From Akkermansiaceae bacterium (GTDB taxonomy: Bacteria; Verrucomicrobiota; Verrucomicrobiia; Verrucomicrobiales; Akkermansiaceae), in assembly GCA_051251915.1 (NCBI GenBank), contig JBPOGF010000021.1, forward strand, positions 13,513-77,512: DNA of 64,000 nucleotides, written 5' to 3'. Every line of letters begins with the position of its first letter. The stretch's first letter is position 1. The notes beneath the pieces are model-generated. The model saw only the letters and a list, made by a program, of their open reading frames with translations, was not told the DNA's origin and did no database searches. Shown here in pieces: positions 10,366-20,900 of this stretch. The position numbers and the translations under genes were made by a program.

Positions 10366-11223
10366 ATGATTACTAAACGCATCTCAACAGAAACAATTCT
10401 CGCAAATCTCAAACACAAAGTCGACAACCGCCTACCAATCATGATCTCATCCGCTGGATCAGGTCTCGTAGCTAAGCTCCAAGAGCAAGCAGGCACAGAC
10501 TGCATCAACACATTCTCAGGTGCCCGCCTCCGCGCAAACGGAATGGGAACCATGTCCATGATGTGGCCTATCCTTGACTCTAATAAGCAGACACTCGACT
10601 ACACACGTGAAGACATCATGCCTGCACTCAACGGCAAATCATTCGTCTGCGCATGCCTCAACGCCAACGACCCACTCAAAGACATGCACATGGTTCTCCA
10701 GCAATGCAAGGACATGGGAGTTCAAGCCGTTTCTAACATCGGACCATCTATCTCATACGTCGATAAAGACTCAGAAATCTTCAAAGTAATGTCATCAGCA
10801 GGCATCACACTCGACAACGAAATCGAAATGCTCAAATACGCTCGTGAAGAAATGGACATGGTCTCAGTTGGCCTCGGCTTCACACTAGAAGACTCCATCC
10901 GCATCTGTGGAGAAGCTAAACCACACATCTTCTGCTTCCACGCAGGAACCACCCAAGGTGGACTCAAAGGATACCAAGGTGGCATGACACTCGACGAAAC
11001 AGCAGCAATTACAGAAGAAGCATACGCTAAATGCCGCGAAGTGCACCCAGACGTCATCCTAGTAGCACACGGTGCCGCTCTCGAAAAACCAGCTGATGCT
11101 CAATACATCCTAGACAACACCACCGGCCACGGCTTCTGGACAGGATCATCCACCGAGCGTCTACCTATCGAAGTTGCTGTCTCAAAAGCAGCCAAAGACT
11201 TCGCTGACCTACGTTTCTCATAA
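10366..11223 (+). CDS. TIM-barrel signal-transduction / PEP-hydrolase-like family protein
   Basis: AGSGLVAK..GTD, HAGTTQGG, HG, GFWTGSSTERLPIE motifs of the family that pairs with UPF0261. Confidence 0.85.
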   Translation: MITKRISTETILANLKHKVDNRLPIMISSAGSGLVAKLQEQAGTDCINTFSGARLRANGMGTMSMMWPILDSNKQTLDYTREDIMPALNGKSFVCACLNANDPLKDMHMVLQQCKDMGVQAVSNIGPSISYVDKDSEIFKVMSSAGITLDNEIEMLKYAREEMDMVSVGLGFTLEDSIRICGEAKPHIFCFHAGTTQGGLKGYQGGMTLDETAAITEEAYAKCREVHPDVILVAHGAALEKPADAQYILDNTTGHGFWTGSSTERLPIEVAVSKAAKDFADLRFS

Positions 11224-11257
11224 TCAAATCCCTACAACCCACTAACCCTATCACACC

Positions 11258-12481
11258 ATGTCAAAAACAATTGCCATACTAGCAACGCTAGACACCAAGG
11301 CTGCAGAAGCCAACTTGATGCGCGAAGAAATCGAGTCACTCGGCGGAAAAGCGCTGATCATTGATATCGGTGTGGTCGGGAAGCCGGGAATCGAAGCAGA
11401 CATCTCTCGCTCAGAAGTCATTGCCACCGGCGGCGGCAACCTAGACGAACTTCTACTCAAACCCAGCCGTGAGAAATCTGGCCCATACGTCACAGAAGGA
11501 GCCAAGAAAACACTCATCGAACTCATCGGCAAAGACGCCATCCACGGCGTAGTAACACTCGGCGGAACTCAAGGCACATCAACCTGCGCCCCAGTCCTCC
11601 AAGCCCTACCCTACGGCTTCCCTAAAGTCATGCTCTCCACCGCAGCATCCGGAGACGTCGGCCCATTCGTAGGCATCAAGGACATCACCATGATGTTCGC
11701 CGTCTCAGACATACTCGGACTCAACGTGTTCTCTCGTAAAATCATCGCCAACGCAGCAGCAGCAGCATACGGCATGTCACTCGTAGAGCGCAGCATCACC
11801 AAATCAGAAGCTAAAGGAGTCATCGGAATGACCAACCTCGGCGTCCTCACAAAAGGAGCCATGCACGCCATCGAACTCTTCGAGAAGTCAGGCTACGAGG
11901 TCATCACCTTCCACGCCATCGGAGCAGGCGGTGAAGCCATGGAACAAATGATGAAAGAAGGAATCATCACCGCAGTATTCGACTACGGCCTCGGCGAAAT
12001 CGCAGACGCCACATTCAATGCCCTCCGCGCATCAGGCCCAGAACGCCTCACAGTCGCCGGTAAACTAGGCTTACCACAAGTCATCTGCCCAGGAGGATCA
12101 GAGCACCTCGGACTCCTCGTCCAGGAGCCAAGCAAAATCCCCGCCGGCTACGAAGACCACATGGTCACCTGGCACACTCCATACGTTTTCGTCCCACGTC
12201 CTAACGCAGAAGAACAAGACCAAATCGCCCAGAACATCGGCCAACGTCTCAAGCACTCTACCAAAGACACCGTCTTCCTCATGCCTCTCAAAGGCGTCTC
12301 CAGCTACTCAGCAGAAGGCGGAGAACTCTACAACCCAGAGCTCGATGCCGCCTACTGGGAATCACTCCAAAAGCACCTACCTGACACCATCAAAGTAGAA
12401 GCTCTAGACTACACAGCAGAAGACCCAGCCTTCGTAGAACACGCTGTCAAAACCCTCATCAACATGATCGAAAATAACTAA
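11258..12481 (+). CDS. Tm-1-like ATP-binding (UPF0261) protein
   Basis: ATLDTK, GGTQGT, LPYGFPKVMLST, FHAIGAGG..ME, PQVICPG, PLKGVS. Confidence 0.9.
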   Translation: MSKTIAILATLDTKAAEANLMREEIESLGGKALIIDIGVVGKPGIEADISRSEVIATGGGNLDELLLKPSREKSGPYVTEGAKKTLIELIGKDAIHGVVTLGGTQGTSTCAPVLQALPYGFPKVMLSTAASGDVGPFVGIKDITMMFAVSDILGLNVFSRKIIANAAAAAYGMSLVERSITKSEAKGVIGMTNLGVLTKGAMHAIELFEKSGYEVITFHAIGAGGEAMEQMMKEGIITAVFDYGLGEIADATFNALRASGPERLTVAGKLGLPQVICPGGSEHLGLLVQEPSKIPAGYEDHMVTWHTPYVFVPRPNAEEQDQIAQNIGQRLKHSTKDTVFLMPLKGVSSYSAEGGELYNPELDAAYWESLQKHLPDTIKVEALDYTAEDPAFVEHAVKTLINMIENN

Positions 12482-12488
12482 CAAACTC

Positions 12489-13172
12489 ATGTCCAAACAA
12501 GCACTCATCTCAAAATTAAAAACTGGCACTCCCCAGCTCAGCATCGGCACCCTCACAGGAAGCATGATGAACCAAGGACAGGAAATCTCCATCCTTGAGA
12601 ACGCAGGAGTTAATCTCCTTCATCTCGACGTCATGGACGGTCACGCCTGGCCAAAGATCACCGTAGGCGCACCCTTCCTAGCTGGCCTTAAGACAGACCT
12701 CATCAAGGACGTCCACCTGCTCGTAAGCAACCCAGAAAACCACATCGCTGACTTCATCGGCGCAGGCGCTAACATCATCACCATCCACCCAGAGCACACA
12801 GACAACCTAGAAAAAGCTCTAGACGCCCTGAACTCCACAGACGCACTTAGCAGCGTGGGCATTTACCCATCCACACCGCTAGAAGAGATCACACCATACC
12901 TCGATAAAATCGATGTCGTATTCGTGCTCGCCATCGGCCCAGACACTGGTAAAGAAACATTCTTCGACCTCGTCACAGAACGCGTTAACAAACTCCGCAT
13001 GCTCAAGCCAGGCCTAGTCATCGCCATCGATGGAGCAGTCAAAAAGAACAACATCGCAGACATCGCTAAAATCAAGCCAGACCTCATCGTCACCGGCAGC
13101 GCAGTCTTCGACGGCAACGACGCCGCAGCCAACATCACCGAAATGAACGCCTCAATCAGCAGCGTTTCTTAA
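12489..13172 (+). CDS. Ribulose-phosphate 3-epimerase family, LsrE-like
   Basis: HLDVMDG, IKDVHL, IDGA, VTGSAVF; LSIG/DGA pattern closer to LsrE than to housekeeping Rpe. Confidence 0.8.
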   Translation: MSKQALISKLKTGTPQLSIGTLTGSMMNQGQEISILENAGVNLLHLDVMDGHAWPKITVGAPFLAGLKTDLIKDVHLLVSNPENHIADFIGAGANIITIHPEHTDNLEKALDALNSTDALSSVGIYPSTPLEEITPYLDKIDVVFVLAIGPDTGKETFFDLVTERVNKLRMLKPGLVIAIDGAVKKNNIADIAKIKPDLIVTGSAVFDGNDAAANITEMNASISSVS

Positions 13173-13214
13173 ATTTTCAAACCCAAACTAACAAACACTA
13201 AACCAACTAAATTT

Positions 13215-14096
13215 ATGTCAAACCAACTCACAACCGTAACCAACATTCTCCAGCAAGCCAAAGACGCTGCCGGCGCAGGTGCTGACGCACTCGCCATCGC
13301 TAAAGCCCGTAAAGCATTCCAGCCTGAGCTAGATGAAGCAAAGCCACACCTCGGCAAAGTAGCCATCGTCACAGGAGCATGCGGCGGCATCGGCAGAGCC
13401 ACAGCAGAGCGTCTACACGCAGACGGCGCAGTCGTAGTAGGAATGGACATCAATCCAGACATCACTAAGAATCTCAGCGGCGAAGGCATCAGCGGAGTAG
13501 TCTGCGACATCACAAACAACGAAAAATTCGAAGAAGCAGTAAACGCAGTAGCAGCAGAATACGGCGGCATCGACATCATCGTTGCAAACGCAGGTATCTT
13601 CAAAGCAGGTGAATACATAGAAGAGCTAGACAAGAGCTGGGACCTCCACCTCCTCATCAACCTCACAGCAACTCAGAGATTCCTCAAGTTCTCTATCCCA
13701 TACATCAAGCACGGCTTCTCACCATCCATCCTCATCATCGGATCACGTAACTTCAGCGCACCTGGACCAGGAGCTGCTGCTTACTCAGTCACCAAGGCTG
13801 GCGTTACTCAGCTCGCACGTGTAGCTGCTCTTGAGCTCGCCGCAGACGGAGTCCGCGTAAACACCATTCACCCAGACGCAGTATTTGACACCGAGATCTG
13901 GACAGAAGAAGCACTTCAGAAGTCAGCCACTCGTTACGGCATGACAGTTCAAGAATACAAGACCAAGAACCTACTCCGCACAGAGATCAAATCCACTGAC
14001 ATCGCTCGCATGGTCAGCTGTGTAGCCGGACCAGTATTCTGCGCTACTACAGGATCACAAATTCCTATCGACGGCGGAAACGACCGTGTGATATAA
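13215..14096 (+). CDS. SDR oxidoreductase resembling the SDR half of bifunctional aldolase/dehydrogenases
   Basis: TGACGGIG, NAG, YSVTK, RVNTIHPDAVFDT, IDGGNDRVI. Confidence 0.85.
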   Translation: MSNQLTTVTNILQQAKDAAGAGADALAIAKARKAFQPELDEAKPHLGKVAIVTGACGGIGRATAERLHADGAVVVGMDINPDITKNLSGEGISGVVCDITNNEKFEEAVNAVAAEYGGIDIIVANAGIFKAGEYIEELDKSWDLHLLINLTATQRFLKFSIPYIKHGFSPSILIIGSRNFSAPGPGAAAYSVTKAGVTQLARVAALELAADGVRVNTIHPDAVFDTEIWTEEALQKSATRYGMTVQEYKTKNLLRTEIKSTDIARMVSCVAGPVFCATTGSQIPIDGGNDRVI

Positions 14097-14154
14097 TATT
14101 TTCTAACGAAAAAACAACCAAACTAACTAACTAAACAACAAACAAACTACCATT

Positions 14155-15021
14155 ATGGCAGACTTAGACGACATCAGAGACGGAGATAACTTCGGCCTCA
14201 ACACACCAGCAGACACAAGCTCATTCTACCTCAAGGGACTCAAGAACCAATCATGGGGAATCAAGAACCGCATGTCACGCATCTTCAACAAGCAGTCAGG
14301 ACGCACAGTCATGCTCGCATTTGACCACGGCTTCCTCATGGGACCTACATCAGGTCTTGAGCGCATCGACCTCAACATCGCACCACTCGCAGAAGAGGCA
14401 GACTGCCTCATGGGTTGCCGCGGAATGATCCGTTCATCTATCCCACCTGAGAACAGTAAGCCACTCTGCCTTCGTACAGACACAGGTACTACGATCCTCA
14501 CAGAAATGAACAACAATGTTCTCATCTCTGAAGAAGACGCTATCCGTCTCAACGTATCATGCATGGCAGCAATGCTTGCAGTAGGTGACGCAGACACAGA
14601 AGCCATCACCATCGCTAACTTCAGCCGCCTCGTAGACATCGGCCAAAAGTATGACATCCCAGTAATGGGTGTTACAGCAGTAGGTAAGGCAATGGCTCGT
14701 GACGCTCGTTACTTCGGCCTTGCTTCACGTGTATGTGCCGAGAACGGCGCAAGCATCGTTAAGACATACTACACAGAAGGATTTGAAAACGTAGTCGCAG
14801 CTTGCCCAGTGCCAATCGTTATCGCAGGCGGCAAGAAGCTTCCTGAGATCGAAGCTCTTGAACTCTGCTACAAAGCAATCAACGCAGGTGCATCCGGCGT
14901 AGACATGGGACGTAACGTATTCCAATCAGAGAAGCCACTCGCCATGATGAAAGCTGTTAAAGCAGTCGTTCATGACGGCCTCAAGCCATCTGACGCGATC
15001 CAGATCTACAACGATCTATAG
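14155..15021 (+). CDS. lsrF: LsrF-like thiolase (class I aldolase fold)
   Basis: MADLDDI..RIFN..SGRTVMLAFDHG..GLERID, IVKTYY (catalytic Lys), PVPIVIAGGKK, GVDMGRN. Confidence 0.9.
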   Translation: MADLDDIRDGDNFGLNTPADTSSFYLKGLKNQSWGIKNRMSRIFNKQSGRTVMLAFDHGFLMGPTSGLERIDLNIAPLAEEADCLMGCRGMIRSSIPPENSKPLCLRTDTGTTILTEMNNNVLISEEDAIRLNVSCMAAMLAVGDADTEAITIANFSRLVDIGQKYDIPVMGVTAVGKAMARDARYFGLASRVCAENGASIVKTYYTEGFENVVAACPVPIVIAGGKKLPEIEALELCYKAINAGASGVDMGRNVFQSEKPLAMMKAVKAVVHDGLKPSDAIQIYNDL

Positions 15022-15045
15022 GTCCCTGCATCAAACAAATATCTC

Positions 15046-15077
15046 AAAAGGGAGCCTCATCGGAGGCTCCCTTTTTT
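15046..15077. terminator. Bidirectional intrinsic terminator
   Basis: AAAAGGGAGCCTC-ATCG-GAGGCTCCCTTTTTT between convergent genes. Confidence 0.9.
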
Positions 15078-15081
15078 GTCA

Positions 15082-16050
15082 TCACTCCTTTGTCCAAATC
15101 CGCGTATTCAAATTTAAATCCTCCACAATGTTTAGAAAATAAACAACCTGCTGAGCAACCCGGTCCACCTGCTCAACAGAAAGCACACTCTGATGAATCG
15201 ATGTCTCGAAGAAATTAGTGGTTTTCGGAATCGTGATGTACACAGATTCATTCTGAAACGAAACAATGACCTCACTCCCATGAGACCGCTTCAGCTTTAA
15301 CAAGCGTTCCTGCATATCTGGAGTAAGCAAATACCGACACTGCTGGTCATCCCCTGTATTCACTTTAAAATTCTCTTCAAACTCAGGACTCTCCATACGA
15401 ATATGTGAGGAACTAAACTTCTGCAACTTGTTACCAATCCACCCAAATAACCCCGCCTCACTATCCGGCCTTATCGTCACCCACGTATTGAAGTTTTTGT
15501 GAAAGTCCGCAGCAAATAACACCCCCTTGAACAGCGTATGCCAACGCGTCTTAGTGTGACCATTTGAGTTCCTATGCCTAGTTTTATACTCAGCATGAAT
15601 CTCAGCAAAATAGAGATTCGTAGCGCCTAACTGCCCCTGAAAATAATCCTCAGACGCATAACGATCAATACTCCTTGAATAATGCCCTATCTTATTGAAA
15701 TGCTGCTTACTGATCCCCTCATACGGCGCATAACTGAGCGTGGGCTCTATCGTGCTAGCAATACTACGAATAACTTCCTGTTTAAATAAATAGCGAAATT
15801 GACTCAACTCTCTACCCACCTGGTGTTGATATAAATAATAACTACCAAAGAGCCCCAACCCGAGAAAAATAAAACCAGCTATTGGCGCCACTGACTGCAT
15901 CAAAAATAACGCAATAACTACCACTCCTACCCCCATCAACCCACAGTTCAACAACGCCTTCTTCCGCTTCACCAGAATCTCACGTCGCTTCTTTTCCAGA
16001 GCATCTAGTTTAGGGAGAAGACTTTCGTATAGTTGATTAGAGTCGTACAT
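15082..16050 (-). CDS. DUF3137-like membrane protein
   Basis: Two N-terminal TM helices; TLFKG, ESPEFEENF, RYLLTP, DLNLNTRIW; follows lemA. Confidence 0.8.
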   Translation of the reverse strand: MYDSNQLYESLLPKLDALEKKRREILVKRKKALLNCGLMGVGVVVIALFLMQSVAPIAGFIFLGLGLFGSYYLYQHQVGRELSQFRYLFKQEVIRSIASTIEPTLSYAPYEGISKQHFNKIGHYSRSIDRYASEDYFQGQLGATNLYFAEIHAEYKTRHRNSNGHTKTRWHTLFKGVLFAADFHKNFNTWVTIRPDSEAGLFGWIGNKLQKFSSSHIRMESPEFEENFKVNTGDDQQCRYLLTPDMQERLLKLKRSHGSEVIVSFQNESVYITIPKTTNFFETSIHQSVLSVEQVDRVAQQVVYFLNIVEDLNLNTRIWTKE

Positions 16051-16600
16051 TTTCGCGTTCTGTTAGATCAATTGAAAAGTAATCAGCCAGCCTGAACTCA
16101 TGCCTACTAGCGATGATGTTAGAGGGAAATGACTCAATCGCATTATTATAGCGAACCACATAAGCATTATAACTCCTACGAGAAGCCGCCACCTGCGCCT
16201 CTATTTCTGCCAGATTACGCTGTAGCATCATAAACTGTTCACTCGCCTTTAATTCCGGATAAGATTCGGCCAGCGCCACCACTTGTGAGCAATGCTGGGT
16301 AAGAACTTGCTCCTTATTAATACGCTGATGGCTCAACGTCGAGGGAGATGATGACGACTGAGCGCGTGCCCGAGCATCAATTAACTTCTCTAACAAAGCC
16401 GATTCATGAACTGCATACCCCTTCACTATGTTCACCAACTGAGGAACCAAATCCCAACGCTTTTTAAGCTGCACATCTATCCCACTGAACGCGCGCCTAA
16501 TTTGATTCCTCCCATTCACAAGAGAATTATAAACTACCAACCAATACAGCAGTAGAACAACAATCACGATAGCGATGATAAATACAAGATCCCCAGACAT
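16037..16600 (-). CDS. lemA: LemA family protein
   Basis: YNSLV, IDVQLKKRWDLVP, AESYPELKA, RRSYN, FPSNIIA. Confidence 0.93.
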   Translation of the reverse strand: MSGDLVFIIAIVIVVLLLYWLVVYNSLVNGRNQIRRAFSGIDVQLKKRWDLVPQLVNIVKGYAVHESALLEKLIDARARAQSSSSPSTLSHQRINKEQVLTQHCSQVVALAESYPELKASEQFMMLQRNLAEIEAQVAASRRSYNAYVVRYNNAIESFPSNIIASRHEFRLADYFSIDLTERENVRL

Positions 16601-16731
16601 TACATACTCTTTATGTCAAAAAATACCCACCCACGCGATTATAAAAATCAATCCACATTCCCCTGACCTCAAAGTTTGAATTTAATATTTAACGTTGACT
16701 GTACTATATGTGGAATCAGATTAGTAGACAT

Positions 16732-17955
16732 ATGAGAATTCTCCACACGGCGGACTGGCACATTGGTAAAAAGCTTTATGGACGGCAAAGATTTGCTGAA
16801 CATAGTGGTTTTTTAAATTGGCTACTTGAGGCCCTAGTGAACGAGAAAGTAGACGGACTAATCGTTGCTGGTGATATTTTCGACACCGCCAACCCAAGCG
16901 AACAATCTCGCAAAATCTACCAAGAATTCCTAGCCCAAGCATGTAAGAAATGTGACTGGATCGTCATCACTGGTGGTAATCATGATTCACCATCCGTCCT
17001 CAATGGCTCACGAGAACTCCTCCATCATCTAAATATCCACGTAGTAGGCAAAAAATGTGAAAATCTAGAAGATGAACTTGTAGAAATCAAAAACGCTAAT
17101 GGAGAGACCTCTGCCTACATCGCCGCCGTCCCCTACCTCAGAGACAGAGATCTACGCCAGTCAACCGCAGGAGAATCAGAACAACAAAAAGAAAAAAACC
17201 TCCGCCACGGAATCAAAGCCCACTACGACGCCCTAGCAAACCTCATCCAGAAAAAACGAGGCGAAACCAAAATCCCCACCATCGCCGTAGGCCACCTCTA
17301 CGCAGCAGGATGCAACCCAGAAACTGAAGGCGATGGAGTCCGCGATCTCTACGTAGGCGGCCTCGGCCACGTGTCAGCAGAAACGTTTTCAACCGTCTAT
17401 GATTATGTAGCGCTAGGCCATATTCACGTCCCACAAATTGTCGGTAAAAAAGAACACATCCGCTACTGCGGAGCCCCCATCCCCATGGGTTACGGTGAAG
17501 CAGGACAATCAAAACAAGTCATTCTGTTAGATTTCAAAGAGGACCAATCAGCAATGAAGTTAGAAATCCTAAAGATCCCAACATTTCAATCTCTCAAGCG
17601 CATCAAAGGTGATCTCGAATCGATAAATCACCAGATCTCCCAACTAATAACCGAACAAAGCGATGCTTGGCTGGAAATCATTTATACCGGAGAAGCATTC
17701 CAAGGTGATTTAAAATCAGAAATATCAGCAATGATTGAAGGCTCAGCCTTAGAGGTGCTTAAAGTCGAAAACAGAACCATAAGACAACGAACGATGCAAG
17801 CTGCCAACGCAGATGAAACCTTAGACCAACTGTCCGTCACAGAAGTCTTCGAGCGCTGCCTAACTGACCACGATGTCGCACAAGAAGAACGCCAAGAACT
17901 AAGACAAGCCTACAACCAAATCACAAACCTAGTAGAATCGGAGGCAATCAGATAA
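16732..17955 (+). CDS. sbcD: Exonuclease SbcCD subunit D
   Basis: HTADWHIG, AGDIFD, GNHDS, YVALGHIH; start MRILH preferred over 16708. Confidence 0.95.
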   Translation: MRILHTADWHIGKKLYGRQRFAEHSGFLNWLLEALVNEKVDGLIVAGDIFDTANPSEQSRKIYQEFLAQACKKCDWIVITGGNHDSPSVLNGSRELLHHLNIHVVGKKCENLEDELVEIKNANGETSAYIAAVPYLRDRDLRQSTAGESEQQKEKNLRHGIKAHYDALANLIQKKRGETKIPTIAVGHLYAAGCNPETEGDGVRDLYVGGLGHVSAETFSTVYDYVALGHIHVPQIVGKKEHIRYCGAPIPMGYGEAGQSKQVILLDFKEDQSAMKLEILKIPTFQSLKRIKGDLESINHQISQLITEQSDAWLEIIYTGEAFQGDLKSEISAMIEGSALEVLKVENRTIRQRTMQAANADETLDQLSVTEVFERCLTDHDVAQEERQELRQAYNQITNLVESEAIR

Positions 17956-17956
17956 C

Positions 17957-20900
17957 ATGAAAATCCTCAAACTACGCTTCCAAAACCTAAACTCACTCTA
18001 CGGAAACTGGGAAATCGACTTCACCTCCCCAGAGATCCAAGACTCCGGCCTCTTCGCCATCACGGGCCCCACAGGAGGAGGAAAATCCACCATCCTGGAC
18101 GCCATCTGCCTCGCCCTCTACGGAGAAACCCCTCGCCTAGACAGCATCAACGCCAACAGCAACGAGATAATGTCCAAGCACACCGGCGAGTGCCACTCAG
18201 AAATCGAATACGAAATAGGCAGCACACGCTACCTCTCAAAATGGTATCAAAAACGAGCCCGCGCCAAAGCCGACCAAAAACTACAAGCCGTCAAACGTGA
18301 GATCTCCCGCTGGAACGAACAGGACCAGAAATATGACCCACTCGCCGAAAAGCTCACTGCCGTAGGCGCTAAAGTTACCGAAGTCACAGGCATGGACTTC
18401 CAGCGCTTCACCCGCACCATCCTCCTCGCCCAAGGAAATTTCGCCGCATTCCTAAAAGCAGACGACGAAACCCGCTCCAAGCTCCTAGAGCAGATCACCG
18501 GCACAGACATCTACACCCAGATCTCCAAGAAAGTTCACGAAAGACACCGAGACGAGGAAACCAAACTCAAAGAAATCTCCATCCGCATGGAAGGAGTCCA
18601 ACTCCTCAGCGAAGACGAACTCAAACTCCACACCGCAGAACAAACCGACTTAAACACCGCAGTCAAACACCTCACCAACAAACGCCGCGACACCACAGAA
18701 AAGCTAACTTGGCTAAAAGGAATCTCAGACCGCGAGAAAAAACACCTGGAGAACAAAACCCTCATAGAGCACCACCTGACCATAGCCAAAGACTTCGAAC
18801 CCAAGCAACTCCAACTAGAACAAGGAGAACGAGCCGCCAAAGTCCACCAAAGCTACCACAACGTCAGTGAAGGAAGAACAAATCTAGAATCTCTCAAAAC
18901 AAAACAGCAAACCCTCTCCCAGCAAATTACCCAACAAAAAACTGAACTAGCCACAGCACAAAAACTCCTCACCACAGCCCAAGAAGCCCACCAAGCCAAA
19001 GAAACATTCATCTCCCAGCAACGCCCACTCTGGACAGAAGTCCGCGCCCTAGACACCCAGCTAGACAGCCTCAACTCACAAGTAAAATACGCACAGCAAA
19101 AAGTCACCCACACAACAAAATCCCACACCCAAGAACAACAAACAGGAACCACCCTCACCAACAAAAAGTCCGCACTAGAAGCCGAGCTCGCAACCACCCA
19201 AGAATACCTAGAAAACAACACCGCAGACGAACAAGCTGCCACCAGCATCGAACTCATCCAAGGCCTCGTCACGCAATGGCAAAGAGCCGATCATCAACAA
19301 AACAAACTCACCTCAGAAGCCACCAACCTCACCGAGAGAATCACCAAAGGAAAACTCCTAATCGCGCAACAAACCGATGAAGTTACCCGCGCCACCAAAT
19401 CACTCGCAGACACCGAAACAAACCTCACAAAAGCTCAACAAACCCTCACCAGCCTACTTGATGGAAAACTTACCCGTGAGTATGAAAAACAACTCACCCA
19501 CCTCAACGAAAAACAAGAACTAGAGCTTAGAATCCAATCTCTAGAACAACATCGTCACAGCCTCACACTAGGAGACCAGTGCCCACTATGTGGCTCAAAA
19601 GACCACCCATATATCGATCCCCAAAACGGCCAACAACGTGAAAGCAAAGTCTCCCTAATCAAAACCCAGATCACCGCACTAAACACACTCCTCTCCTCCA
19701 TCACAGAATCGGAAAAAACCATTACCGCTGCCCAAAACACCAGAGAAACAGCCACCATCCAACTCAAGTCACAAACCGAAAAGCTCCAAGACTACCAAGC
19801 CAGACTCACCGAACGAGAAGACCAACAGAAAGCACTAACCACAGAAACAGAAGCATCCAAAACCAACCTCACCCAACTAGAAACCGACCTCAAAACCCGC
19901 CTAGCAAAACTATCCCACATAACAGAAAACACCAAGCTCACATCCCCACTATTAGACTCCATCACAAAAGACCTCACCCAAAGAGGCTCACGCTGGCAAG
20001 AAGCCACTAAAAAAGCAGACCCCATCAAATCCTCACTCCAACAAATCACCCTAGAAATCAGCAAACACCAAGAACGCAGCAAAAGCCTCAAAGAATCACT
20101 TCAAACTCAAGCCAAAGAACTCCAAGCACAACAACAAACACTAGCCACAGCCCAACAACAAAGAGAACAGAAATTCTCCACCAAGATCGTCAATGAAGTC
20201 GAAGCGCAAACCACAGCCGAACTAAAATCCCTCACCGAGCAACTCACCACCACAAAAACCACCCACCACACCGCAGAGAAAATACTAGCCCAAACCGAAC
20301 AAAGCCAGAAAGACACATCTCAACAACTTACCGACACCCAGAAAAAACTCTCAGAAGCCACAGCCACCTACACCCTAGCACTAGAAAAACAGAGCTTCGC
20401 AGACGAACCCTCATTCCTACAAGCCCTCCTAGACGAGCCAACCCTCACTAAACTCCGAGCTCAAGAAGAATCCATCAAAACAGAATGGAACAGGCTACAA
20501 ACCCTAGCCACCAACCTCGAACAAGAACTACAAGCAGAACGTGAAAAAGCACTCACCAAAGAATCACCAGAAGACCTCACCACCCTACTAAATGATCAAG
20601 AAACACAACTCACCGAAAAAAACCAACACCTAGGCAAAATCCAACAACGCCTCAAAACACACACAGACAACCTTAAACGCCAAGCCGCAGACGCCGAGAA
20701 ACTCGCAACACAACAACAAGCCCTCAAAGTCTGGAAACAACTACACGGTCTAATCGGCTCCCTCGACGGTAAAAAATTCCGCAACTACGCCCAAGGCTTA
20801 ACCTTCGAATGGGTAGTCAATTTAGCCAACACCAAACTCCAAACCATCAGCGACCGCTACCTACTCACCCGCGACACAGACGCCCCACTCCAGCTCAACG

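Noticed and set aside
12489..15021. Canonical lsr AI-2 operon
   Set aside because: lsrACDB, lsrK, lsrR and lsrG are absent from the window; only LsrE- and LsrF-like genes are present
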